A DNA stretch of 59,049 bases, filler included. It is 4 parts of 4 records of this genome, joined end to end, with 100 filler letters (N's around TTAATTAATTAA, not from the genome) between each part and the next. Parts side by side here need not be neighbours in the genome. Positions count along the whole stretch, not along the records: positions 29,396 to 37,396 come from DRR723986_30261; positions 37,497 to 48,584 come from DRR723986_30331; 2 more parts are not named here. The stretch is one strand, 5' to 3'. The translations under genes were made by a program, and so were the position numbers. Below the pieces are notes generated by a model, which was given only the letters and a program-made list of their open reading frames with translations, made no database searches and was not told the origin of the DNA. This document shows positions 29,911-41,002 of this stretch, one piece after another. Numbering within the stretch: the stretch's first letter is position 1; each line of letters begins with the position of its first letter.

Positions 29911-32900
29911 TTAGCGTTTAATTACAATCTCAGTACTTAAACGCTGCTCTGCATCGGTTCCGGCCTCAACAACAAGTTCCAGATAGTACATTCCGCTCGG
30001 AAGCGCCTGACCTGCAGCATCACTGCCCTGCCAAACAAAGGCATGTGAACCGGAAGAAAGGGAGCCCAAATCTGCCGACCAGAGTTCGCGTCCAGTCAGA
30101 GCAACAATCCGCGCAGAAATTCGACTGGCCTTGTTAACATTAAAGCTAACCGTGGAGCCACCTGCCATTGGATTGGGAGAGACACGTAAATCCGATGCCG
30201 AAGAACTAAGCTCTACTCGCGGTGCCGATGTCCCAGATTTACGTCCATTGCTAGAGACCTGAATGTTAACGGTTGCCGTAGAACTACCACCATTCCCGTC
30301 ACTGATCGTATATGTAAAGCTGTCGTTTCCGGACGAACCAGCGGCCTGGTATTCAAGTTGCGTAGCAGCATTAACAATTGTGACCGTCCCCAGAGCACCA
30401 TCGGTTTTTGCAGAGACTGTCAGAGCATCACCATCGGCATCAAAATCATTTGTTAATACGCTAATGGTCAAACTGTTTCCAGCTGGAACGCTGAGGCCTG
30501 TATCGTCAATTGCGATTGGCCGGTAATTCCGTTGGAAGGCCGCTACCGAGTTCTCACCGTAGCCGGCCGCGTAAAGGAACAAACCATCAGGAGAAAGTGA
30601 GAGGCCGCGTACGCCACGAATGCCGTCCACACCATTAACACCGTCAATCGACACGCTGCTAAAACATAGTGTCCCGTCAACGCCACGTGCAAATGTTGCA
30701 ATCGCATTGTCTACCGATCCGGCAACATACACTTCGCTGCCAAATGGATCTATCACAATATCGCGTGCACCATCCAGGCCGTTAACACCACCGAGACCAT
30801 CGCGGAATTTCTCAACAAAACTCAATGAACCATCTGTACTGTGGCGCTCAAAAGTTACAAGAGCATCGTCACCAAGACCGGCAGCATACATATTACTACC
30901 GGTCGGGTCAAACACGAGCCCGATAACATCCTGAATTCCATCAACACTATCTACTCCGTCGCGAATGCGGTCCAAATATGTTAAAGTACCGTTAGTACTT
31001 GAACGCGCAAAGATAGAGATTTTATCCTCGGCCGTAGCTGCCGCATACACGTGCGCATCGTCTGGGCTGACGGCCACATCCAGGACACCTTTTAATCCAT
31101 CCACGCCGGCAATACCGTCTTTGAATGATTCCTGAAATGTTAATGTACCGGTGCTGGAGCGCTCAAATACGACCAAACCATTACTGCTTTGCCCGCCAAC
31201 GTAGAGGTTTGCATCGTCCTGGCTGAGAACAAGGCTGCGGGGACGGCTCATTTGACTGATAGTGCCACCTGCGTCGACCTGGCCATTGCGCTTAAATTCA
31301 ACGAAGCTGAGATCGCCACTCAGTTGGTCGCGGTCAAATACAACTACTGAGTTATCTGAATAGGAGACAACATAGATATTACGCCCATCACCGCTGACTA
31401 CAATGTTCTCAGGGTAGCGCATGCGAGAAATACCATTACGTCCGTGCCGATAGCGTTTAACATAGGTTAAACTTCCTGTCGTAACACTGCGGTTAAACTG
31501 CACGATCGAATGGTCCGAGCGCCCAACAGCGTAAACATGTTTAGCGTCGGGGCTGACGTCAAGTCCGTGTACACGACGCAAACCACGCACACCACCTACG
31601 CGGTCTTTCTCGCGCTCTATCCAAATCAGATTGTTTTTGTAGTTGGCACCAAAACCAACAAACACGACTGCGGCCCCGGTTACGGAACAACCCGAACTGT
31701 TTTCAACTGTGTATTCAAATCTGTCGATTCCTACAAAGTCCGTAGCAGGTGTGTAGATAACATTGTTGCCACTTGTAGTTGCCGTTCCATCGTCAGGCGT
31801 CGAAACACTCAGCAAACTGAGATTGCCAAAGTCATTCGATAATACGGCAACCGTTACAGCTTCATTCTTAGCCGTAAACGCCAGATCCTGAACAGTCGGA
31901 ATTTCGCCCGGTGTAACACGCAGCATCGAAGCTGTTGTGCAGCCGCTTGAATATGTGCGTACAACGTTAAGGGTGCCATTCTCCGCATCATTCCAATCGA
32001 CGAGTATCTGGCTGCCACTTGAGCTTCCAATTATCACACCGTTGGTGATGGTCCAAACATGAGTGGCGCTATTGTCGACCGGTTCTGCTACATATTCCTG
32101 ATCTATTCCAGCAAAATTACAGACATTTCCCGTCAGGTCAATTGATGGATGTACAGTGATTGTAGTAGTTGCCTGGAGATTCTCAGTACCGGTAACGGTT
32201 AAAGTTAAAGTTCCGCTGGTCGCAACATATCCGGCTGGAATTACGGTCTGGAACTGTGTGTCCGTACCTCCGTTGAGGATGGACAGAGCCAAAGTCGACC
32301 CAGAGTCGCTGCCGTCACTGTTAAGTATTGTGACTTTGGCTTGTGTCGTGACAAAATTTTCGCCACTGACGGAAAGTGCAAGACTTGCGCTCGTAGCAAT
32401 CGTACAGTTGGTCGACAAAACTGAAATGAGAGGAACGTCGGTATTCTCCAGAATTCGGAAAGGACCGCTAGCGGGGCCCTCTGCAAAGTCAAGATCATCG
32501 TCATTATCAAAGTCAGCTGTCGCCAGGCTGCGTGCATTGCCGCCACTCAGAATTTCGCGGGTAAAACTAAGACCGCCATCGTTGGTCCACAGGTCGGTAC
32601 TCTTATCGCCATATCCTATCAAAATGTCAAGGTCGCCATCACCATCCATGTCACCCAGTTCGGCGGAAGGAGCAAAACCACTGCCTACGAGCGTAATTAT
32701 GGTAAATGCCGCGCTGCCATCATTGACCAACAAATTGTGACCATCATAGTCGTTGGCAATAATCGCATCAAGGTCACCATCACCATCAAGGTCACCGAGC
32801 ACGGCTTCGCCATCTTTGGAGTCACCGTATGAACTGCCGGCAACAAAGCTGCCGTCACCCTGATTTAACATCACGCGGTTGCCGTCATAATAGCCCGCCA

Positions 32901-35900
32901 GCAGAGCATCCAAATCGCCATCGCCATCCAAATCGCCCAGCTCAACACCGCTCGCCTCTTCGGTAAGCGCAGTCGTAGTTCCACTGAACACCCCGGAACC
33001 GTCGTTAAACAGGACGGCCATTTCACTATCACCGGCCAGGAAGGCATCCAGATCACCGTCACCGTCAAGGTCACCGAGCTGAACATCACGCATGTCATCA
33101 ATGCTGACAAATGCACCGGATGTAAAACTTCCCTGGCCGTTGTTAAACCACGTAGTTTGCTGCGTATTGGCTGCCGAAAACATGTCCAGGTCGCCATCAC
33201 CATCAATATCGCCTATATCAAATCCGGCAGCTTCATTCACGCTAAACGTTTGGCTGGTAAAGTCAATGTTGCCATTGGCGGCGTTGAGCTGCAACACGAA
33301 ACGGTCATCTTCAATCAAATACATGACGTCCACAAAACCATCGCCGTTGAAGTCACCAGCTTCCGCGTGTTCCAAAGGCTGTCCAGCATTTGCAAACGTT
33401 ACTGCCTGGAAGACTCCGGCACCGCGTGGTACCGCAACGCGAAACTCCTGGACACGTGCCTGCGCCATCGTCTGACCGGTCATCGCCTGTGCATTGGTGA
33501 CTGTCACCATGACCGTTTCGCCTGGCTTAAAGTCGGACGATGGGTTAATGTTTGCGGTCGTGCTGTTTGGATAGGAAACTGTGGCCTGCGGTGTAATATG
33601 TCCGCTCTGCACGGCATGCACGATCAACTCAGCGTTGTTTGTGTTTGTAGAGGCCGTGAGCGTATTGCTGTTCATCGCGGTGTTAAAGCTGACATCAATA
33701 TCGCTGTCGGCAGCAACGTTTGAGGCGTTGATTCCCGGAACAATTGCGGTCAGAACCACGGGTGCTCCGTTAAGCCACAATTGCGCAGGTGCGCCACCGA
33801 GCTCGTCTTTAACAATGATAGCATCCAGATCGCCATCACCATCAAGATCACCAAGACTTACAGCGCTGCTTTCGCCATGCCCAACAACAAAGCTGCTAAA
33901 TGTGCCGCTGCCGTCATTGAGCCAGATTAACTCTTCTGCCTGATTGCTGGAAGACGGTAAGGCTTCGGGCAGACGACCTCCGCCGCCACCTTCTTCACCA
34001 CCGCCTACTTCGCCGCCACCTTCTTCACCGCCACCTTCGCCGCCGCCTTCTTCACCGCCACCTTCTTCACCGCCACCTTCTTCGCCGCCGGCACTTAACT
34101 CGCCATATGCAGCAAAAAATGCATCGAGGTCGCCATCGCCGTCAAGGTCACCAAGTTGAACGTCCTGCGCCACCCAGGCGGGCATCGTTGAACTTGTCAG
34201 TGTACCTTGACCATCATTTGTCCAGATTTCCTGCTCACCGTCGTAGACGGCCATCACCGCATCAAGATCACCGTCGCCGTCCAGATCGCCAATGTCAACA
34301 CCGGTGCGTTCGGCCGAAGTCTCACCGAAGCTGCTGACAGCAAAGCTGCCGTCACCATTGTTTAACATTAATTCATTTGTGCTTGCGTAACCGGCAACGA
34401 TTGCGTCCAGGTCACCGTCGCCGTCGATATCACCGATAGCGATGTCACGAGCCCTTGAGCCTCCAACCGTCGAGATGTCAAATGTCGCGTCGCCGTTGTT
34501 GAGCCAAATATCCTGCGCCTGGCCGGATTCGTTGGCAATCAGCGCATCAATGTCGCCATCACCATCAAGATCGCCCAGCGCAACTGCACGGCTATTGCCG
34601 CCCGCAGCCCCAAGAGTCGAAACCGCAAAGCCTGCAGAGCCGTCGTTGAGCCACAGCTCCTGCGAATACCCGGCGCGCGCCACAATAGCGTCAAGGTCAC
34701 CATCGTTGTCAAGGTCGCCAATGGCTACACCTGTGGCACGGCCGCCGCCGGCACTGCTCGTAGCAAAAGTGTCGTCACCATTGTTTAACCAAACGCGCTG
34801 ACCGCCAAATGCGCCGTGTGCCACAATCGCATCCAGATCGCCGTCACCGTCCAGGTCGCCAAGATCGATGTCACCAAAGGTGCCCGTATCAAGATGGCTC
34901 GTATCAAATGTTGCGTTCCCACCCGTCACTGCGGCACGGAAGCTGTAAACCGTAGCGTGTGACATCGTCACTCCCGCCAGGCTTTGCGCTCCGGTCACAG
35001 TCACAGAGATTAACTCGCCGGGCTTAAATCCATCGGTCGGATCAAATGTGCGTGGATTTACGCCGCTGAATACACCGCCACTGGTCGAAAGATAAGCGCT
35101 AAAATTACTCGAAATGTTAATGTTCGTGGCGCTCAGGCTCGTCACACTCATTGTAGTGCTAAAGCTGATCTGAATGTCACTGTTAACAAGCGCAGCCAGC
35201 GCGTTTGTTGCCGGGCTTAGCTCGGTGACCAGCGGATAAATCACTGCCGGCGGTGGTGGAGCCGGCGCCTGATTTGTCCACAGCGCATTGCCGAATAGCG
35301 TCGTAGATACGGCATCAAGGTCGTTATCGTTGTCAATATCTCCCAAGGCTATCGAATGTGCAGATTTACCAGCTAGAGTTTGACTTGTAAAAGTAGCATC
35401 ACCATTGTTAAGAAACACATGAACGGCGTCCGCAGACTTGCCGAAAAATAGATCCAGATCGCCGTCCCCGTCCAGGTCGCCGATTGCGACACTTTCTGAA
35501 GAACTGGCTTCACCAAATGCATCGACTTCCCCAGAGAGGCCGCCGGAACCATTGTTAAGCCTAATTCTATCTGCGCCCGATTCTATTGCCCAAACAGCAT
35601 CCAGCCAACCATCGTTATTTAAGTCACCAAGCGCAACTGCATTAGCATTAAAGCCACTGGTTTGACTTTGGCTAAACTCGCCGTTCCCATCGTTACGGAA
35701 AATCAGAGACCCGCGGTTAGATTGATTCATTGCCGTTACGGCATCAAGGTCGCCGTCATTATCCAGATCGCCCAAGGCGATAGCGACCTGATCGCGCGTT
35801 CCGGGCACATTGGGGTTCGTACCGGGGGACGACGCGGAAAACGTTCCATCGCCATTGTTAAGCCATTTAAAGTCATTGTTCGAATCAGTTACCAAAAATG

Positions 35901-37396
35901 CATCCAGGTCACCGTCACCGTCAAGGTCACCAATCTTAACTCCAAATGCGTCAGCGCTATGAAAGGTTGAGCTGGAGAATGTTCCATCGCCATTGTTTAA
36001 CCAAATCTCGTTGGCTCGTTGTGCACCGTTAACGATAATCGCATCCAGGTCGCCGTCGCCGTCAAGGTCACCAATGTCAAGGCCTTGCGTTTGGCCGTTG
36101 GCCAATCCGAAATTCGACGTTGCAAAACTTCCGTCACCATTATTCAGTCGAATCCGATTAGAACTAAAATATGAACCGGAGATAGCATCCAGATCACCGT
36201 CACCATCCAAATCGCCAAAGGCAACACCACGCGCAACTCCCGCACCGCCAAATCCGCTCGACTGGAAGTTGCCGCTGCCACTTGTCACCTCTGCACGAAA
36301 CTTAAACACGATCGGTTCTGCAAGAACAATCCCGCCCGTAACCGAAGCGCCCGTGACACTCACGGAAATCTCTTCGCCGGCGCGGAAATTCGCAGCCGGA
36401 TCAACGATTAATCTAAGATTGCCATTTGTAGCCACAAGACTGGCATTAGTCGAAATGTCGGCACTCTCACTACCATAAACAAAAACAGTTGCATTGGATA
36501 CGGGAGAGCTTATCAGGGACGACGGGTCCATCGGCAGGTTAAAATTCACCTCAATATTTTCGTCCTGTGCTACAGACTTCGAGGCATTTGCCGGACTAAC
36601 ACTTGTAATACTTGGAGCACCTGCGTTAATCCAGATTTCACGTCCGGAGCCAAAGTAGTTGGCTATCGCCACGTCAAGGTCGCCGTCACCATCCAAATCA
36701 GCGATATCCAAACCGCGACTATCACCGCTGCCAAGAACCGTCTTACTGAATGTAAGTCCACCATCATTGCGCCATATATCCTGCGGCGAACCACCAACGG
36801 CAGAAATGATGTCTAAGTCACCGTCGCCATCCAGATCACCCAGGCCGATATCCAAGGTGGCACTGTTCCCCAAAGAACGCAGTCCAAAGCTCGCATCGCC
36901 ATTGTTAACCCAAACGTAGTCGGCCGTATTATTGCGCGCTACAACAACATCCAGGTCACCATCGCCATCAAGGTCGCCCATCGCAACGGCACGACCATCA
37001 CCGGCTCCAAACGTTGAGGAGCTGAAGCTTGCATCACCGTTGTTTAACCAAATGTGATCGGCTCCAGAGTCATTGGCAATTACAAGGTCCAGATCACAGT
37101 CGCCATCCAGATCGCCAAGCGCCACACCGCGACTGTCACCGCCACCAAACGTCGATGAACTAAAAGCCCCATCGCCATTGTTCAGCCAGACTTCCTGTGC
37201 CTCATTGCTGTAATTTGCAATCACCACATCCAGGTCACCGTCGCCGTCCAAATCTCCTATCGCCAGATCGTGACTCCCGCCGCCACCAAAGGTGGACGTA
37301 CTAAACGACCCGTCGCCATTGTTTAACCAGATTTCCTGCGCATATCCAAAATATTTAGCGATCACGGCATCCAGATCACCGTCGCCATCCAGATCA
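29911..37396 (-). CDS. Giant FG-GAP/VCBS-repeat surface protein with Ig-like domains, lactonase-type propeller and T9SS/FlgD-type C-terminal domain; 5' truncated
   Basis: Dozens of GDLDGDGDLD..WLNNGDG repeats in four blocks separated by Ig-like domains; DGVDGL..VSPD repeats; Big_9-like VLTNDFDADGDAL; C-terminal VSPNP..LPSGMYYL. The frame runs to the gap. Confidence 0.93.
33977..34090 (-). repeat. Intragenic ~15-bp tandem repeat encoding (GGGEE)n
   Basis: Plus-strand units resembling CCGCCACCTTCTTCA; protein GGEEGGGEEGGGEEGGGEGGGEEGGGEVGGGEEGGGGG. Confidence 0.9.
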
Positions 37397-37496
37397 NNNN
37401 NNNNNNNNNNNNNNNNNNNNNNNNNNNNNNNNNNNNNNNNTTAATTAATTAANNNNNNNNNNNNNNNNNNNNNNNNNNNNNNNNNNNNNNNNNNNN
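37397..37496. other. Artificial contig spacer
   Basis: N runs flanking TTAATTAATTAA. Confidence 0.98.
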
Positions 37497-37526
37497 CCAG
37501 CTCACCAGCTCACCAGCTCACCAGCT
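37497..37526. repeat. 8-bp tandem repeat (CCAGCTCA) at the contig start
   Basis: Three full units plus CCAGCT. Confidence 0.85.
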
Positions 37527-37963
37527 TCGTAGAGTTTAGAGAATCCCCATAAACGAGCAACATCGCTTCGGCAGAATAATATTCGAGCGGTCAGCCAGGG
37601 TGTGCCTGCAGATATTTTTGGTCACGTCAAATTGGGTTGCATGTTGTTAATAGTCAGTGTAGTTTAAACGGACCACGCTGTGAAATCAAGTGGGCCCTCC
37701 CCCCGCCACCGCCGCCATATTTTTCCCACCCACACGACACACCTCTCCCACGTCGCTCCTCCAAAGCAACCAGGAATTGTTAAACATCAATTGAATTCGC
37801 TATGGTTCTAATACAAGTTTACAAGTCCCCGAGCCCATCTCCTAACAGATAGTACTCAACGGCCGCAGGTTAAAGGTAAACGGACGGCAATCCCGTTTAA
37901 ACGGCCGGGTTTTGGTGCAAAATGCTCAGGCGCAACCCAATCAATCAAACGTCAAGACAAAAA

Positions 37964-38118
37964 CACTCCAGCCACAAGTCTACAACCCAGCACTCCAGCC
38001 ACAAATCAATCAACCCTGAATTTCAAGCGCAAAAACTGGCACCAAAAGCCCAGCCACAATCACCTGCCCCAAACACAGCAAACCAAAACTATTAAACCCA
38101 CTCCACCCCAAGCCACAA
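37964..38118. repeat. Dispersed short repeat CACTCCAGCCACAA / AGCCACAA
   Basis: Copies at 37964, 37991, 38050 (partial) and 38111 (partial). Confidence 0.65.
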
Positions 38119-38120
38119 AC

Positions 38121-38155
38121 AAAAAAAGCCCGAACCACTAAGGCTCAGGCTTTTT
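38121..38155 (-). terminator. Intrinsic terminator of the metallophosphoesterase gene
   Basis: Minus strand AGCCTGAGCC-TTAGT-GGTTCGGGCT-TTTTTT. Confidence 0.8.
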
Positions 38156-38227
38156 GAAAATAGTTACCATTCCAGGGACGACAAATCACCTCGTCCAAAT
38201 TAACACTAAGCACAACCGCAATTTGAC

Positions 38228-39484
38228 TTAGGCACGCCGCAAGGTCAGCAAGGTCAACTCGGGGTTAATGCCGACGCGAATTGGCAGAGCCGTTGTTCCC
38301 AAACCACGGTTGATATACAAGTGCTGGTTGCCGTCGCTGTATTTGCCAACCCACTGCTCGTACGCTATCTGCGCAAAACTGTATTCCTTATCGAGTAGGT
38401 GCACCCCCAGCTGTCCACCGTGCGTGTGTCCCGAAAGCATCAGGTCCACCGCGCGTTTGCCGCGGACTTCTTTATCCCAGAACGTTGGATCATGCGCCAT
38501 CAGAACTGTCGCAGCGTCATCATCCAAACCGCGCATGGCAGCGTTTAAGTCGCCAAAATTTTGACGTAAACCCGTATTGTCAATGCCCGCCAACTGGAGC
38601 TTGGCTCCATCGATGTTTAATGTGCGGTTTTCGTTAACAAGCAGATCAATTCCACCAACGCGGATGGCTTGCTGCAGGCGGCGATGTTCTTCCTCACTCA
38701 TATAGTGATCGTGATTGCCCAGGCTGCCATACACACCCAGGTCGGCCTGTAGCTTTTCAAAAGCCGGGAAAATTGACTTTAACTCGCGCGGATCAAAGTT
38801 AACCCAGTCACCCGTAATAACCACCATATCGGGTTTCTGCTCGGTCACCAGCTCAACGATTTCACGGGGTGGACCGCTGGTTGGGAAGGACCCCGCATGC
38901 ACATCGGAGAGTTGACCAATTGTTAAACCTTCCAACTGCGGTGGCAGGTTCGCAATCTTAACATCGTGGCGCACAACTTCAAAGTCGTGAATCGTACGCA
39001 GCACGCCGTAACCACTTAACACAAATGGCGCGCCCGCCATGGCCCAGCCGGCATTGTTAACAAATTGGCGCCGCGCAGGATCCGGCAGCGGTGCAGGCTC
39101 AGCCGGCGTTTTTTCGCTGGGACCAAACATGCGGCGCAGCAGCTTCCACGTTCCGCGGCCCACAAAACGCAGCAGACGCAGAATGTCACCTGCCAAAAGG
39201 AATAGAAGTGCTGGAGCCTTTGAGACATACCAGACTGAAGAAGTAATCAGTCCGACATTCATCCAAAAGGAGACCTGTCCGTCGGTGCGCCGCGCATACA
39301 TCAGCCACAGGGTCAGCGGCAAAATCAGCACAGCTAAAACAATCGGTACAATCCGTGTCCATGCCGACCAGCCGGAACGCCTGGTGTGGCGCGCCCATCG
39401 CCGAATTACATATGCGTCACTACCGCCGAGCAGCAGGATAAAAACTGCAAGAAAAATGATTGTTCTGAGTATCTGCGGATCCAT
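38228..39484 (-). CDS. Membrane-bound metallophosphoesterase (YkuE/YaeI-like)
   Basis: N-terminal TMs; LSDVH, ITGDWV, LGNHDHY, MAHDP, LSGHTHGGQ, YINRGLG. Confidence 0.93.
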   Translation of the reverse strand: MDPQILRTIIFLAVFILLLGGSDAYVIRRWARHTRRSGWSAWTRIVPIVLAVLILPLTLWLMYARRTDGQVSFWMNVGLITSSVWYVSKAPALLFLLAGDILRLLRFVGRGTWKLLRRMFGPSEKTPAEPAPLPDPARRQFVNNAGWAMAGAPFVLSGYGVLRTIHDFEVVRHDVKIANLPPQLEGLTIGQLSDVHAGSFPTSGPPREIVELVTEQKPDMVVITGDWVNFDPRELKSIFPAFEKLQADLGVYGSLGNHDHYMSEEEHRRLQQAIRVGGIDLLVNENRTLNIDGAKLQLAGIDNTGLRQNFGDLNAAMRGLDDDAATVLMAHDPTFWDKEVRGKRAVDLMLSGHTHGGQLGVHLLDKEYSFAQIAYEQWVGKYSDGNQHLYINRGLGTTALPIRVGINPELTLLTLRRA

Positions 39485-39772
39485 AATCTCGATATTGTTC
39501 GTAGTTCAACCGATTCAACCTGGTGATATTTGTTATTCCACCGGGCGACTTATAAGTGTGTGCTCGTGCTATCGTATGCAAACCGTGCTCTGGCGAACCG
39601 GCCTGCTCTCAACCTTCTGCTCTATAGACTCGTTCGCTGCCGGCCTAGTGTTACCATTCTGCTTCCAAAAAGTTCAGAAGAACTTCGTATCTTTCGATTC
39701 GGAATCAGCCGTTTTTGACCAAATATTGCGCCCAATGCGCAATCGGATAACGTCGGGAGAGGAAACAAGACC

Positions 39773-40975
39773 ATGTTTGAGACATTACAACCGGTTTTGC
39801 AGGAAGAATTAGCCTCAATTAAAGAAGCCGGACTTTTTAAGTCCGAACGAATCATCACTAGTCCGCAGGGACCGGAGATTCATGTAGAGGGGCGCGACGA
39901 ACCCGTTCTCAACTTCTGCGCCAACAACTATCTTGGCCTTTCCTCTGATCAACGCGTCATCGATGCCGCCAAGGCAGCGCTCGACTCACATGGCTTTGGT
40001 CTCTCCAGTGTGCGCTTCATCTGCGGCACCCAGGATATCCACCGTCAGTTGGAATTAAAAATCGCTGACTTTTGTGGAACCGACGATACGATTCTTTACG
40101 CTGCATGTTTCGATGCCAATGGCGGTGTTTTTGAACCACTGCTCGGCCGCGAAGATGCAATCATCTCCGATCAGCTCAACCACGCGTCCATTATCGACGG
40201 TGTCCGCCTCTGTAAAGCCAAACGGTATCGATATGCTTCAACAGATATGGCCGAGCTGGAAAAACAGCTGCAGCAAGCCGATGCGGATGGCGCACGCCAT
40301 AAACTGATCGCTACCGACGCAGTTTTCTCAATGGACGGCACGATTGCACCGCTCGATCAGATTTGTGATTTGGCCGACAAATACAAAGCACTCGTCATGG
40401 TCGACGAATGCCACTCAATGGGTTTCATGGGCAAACACGGACGCGGTGTTATTGAACACTGTGACGTCCTGGGCCGGGTCGATATCATCACCGGCACACT
40501 CGGCAAAGCGCTCGGTGGTGGAATCGGTGGGTTTACAACCGGTCGCAAAGAAATTATCGACATGCTGCGCCAGCGCTCGCGCCCGTATTTGTTCAGCAAC
40601 ACATTGCCGCCAATGGTCGTGGGAGCTTCGATCGCCATTTTTGATCTGCTCTCCTCCACAACCGAATTGCGCGACACGCTGGAAGACAACACGCAGTATT
40701 TCCGCGAGAAAATGACCGCCGCCGGCTTTGACATAACAGACGGCACGCACCCAATTGTGCCGATTATGCTCTACGATGCACCGCTGGCACAAAAATTTGC
40801 CGAGCAGCTGCTTGCCGAGAATATCTACGTCATCGGATTTTTCTATCCGGTCGTTCCCAAAGATCAGGCACGCATCCGCGTTCAGATTTCTGCCGCGCAT
40901 TCGCGTGAGCATCTGGACCGGGCAATTGCAGCGTTCATCAAAGTCGGCAAAGAACTTTCCGTTTTGCAATCCTAA
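39773..40975 (+). CDS. kbl: Glycine C-acetyltransferase (2-amino-3-ketobutyrate CoA ligase)
   Basis: [61 protein letters not shown]. Confidence 0.97.
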   Translation: MFETLQPVLQEELASIKEAGLFKSERIITSPQGPEIHVEGRDEPVLNFCANNYLGLSSDQRVIDAAKAALDSHGFGLSSVRFICGTQDIHRQLELKIADFCGTDDTILYAACFDANGGVFEPLLGREDAIISDQLNHASIIDGVRLCKAKRYRYASTDMAELEKQLQQADADGARHKLIATDAVFSMDGTIAPLDQICDLADKYKALVMVDECHSMGFMGKHGRGVIEHCDVLGRVDIITGTLGKALGGGIGGFTTGRKEIIDMLRQRSRPYLFSNTLPPMVVGASIAIFDLLSSTTELRDTLEDNTQYFREKMTAAGFDITDGTHPIVPIMLYDAPLAQKFAEQLLAENIYVIGFFYPVVPKDQARIRVQISAAHSREHLDRAIAAFIKVGKELSVLQS

Positions 40976-41002
40976 GGTACATCGCAGGGCGGCCCGGTAC
41001 GT

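Noticed and set aside
30263-36919. Many plus-strand ORFs with SRSPSPSRSP or poly-Pro/Ser content
   Set aside because: Antisense translations of the GDLDGDGDLD and GGGEE repeats.
26508-37396. PorP/PorE-like pair as dedicated secretion partners of the FG-GAP protein
   Set aside because: An artificial spacer separates them and their base composition differs.
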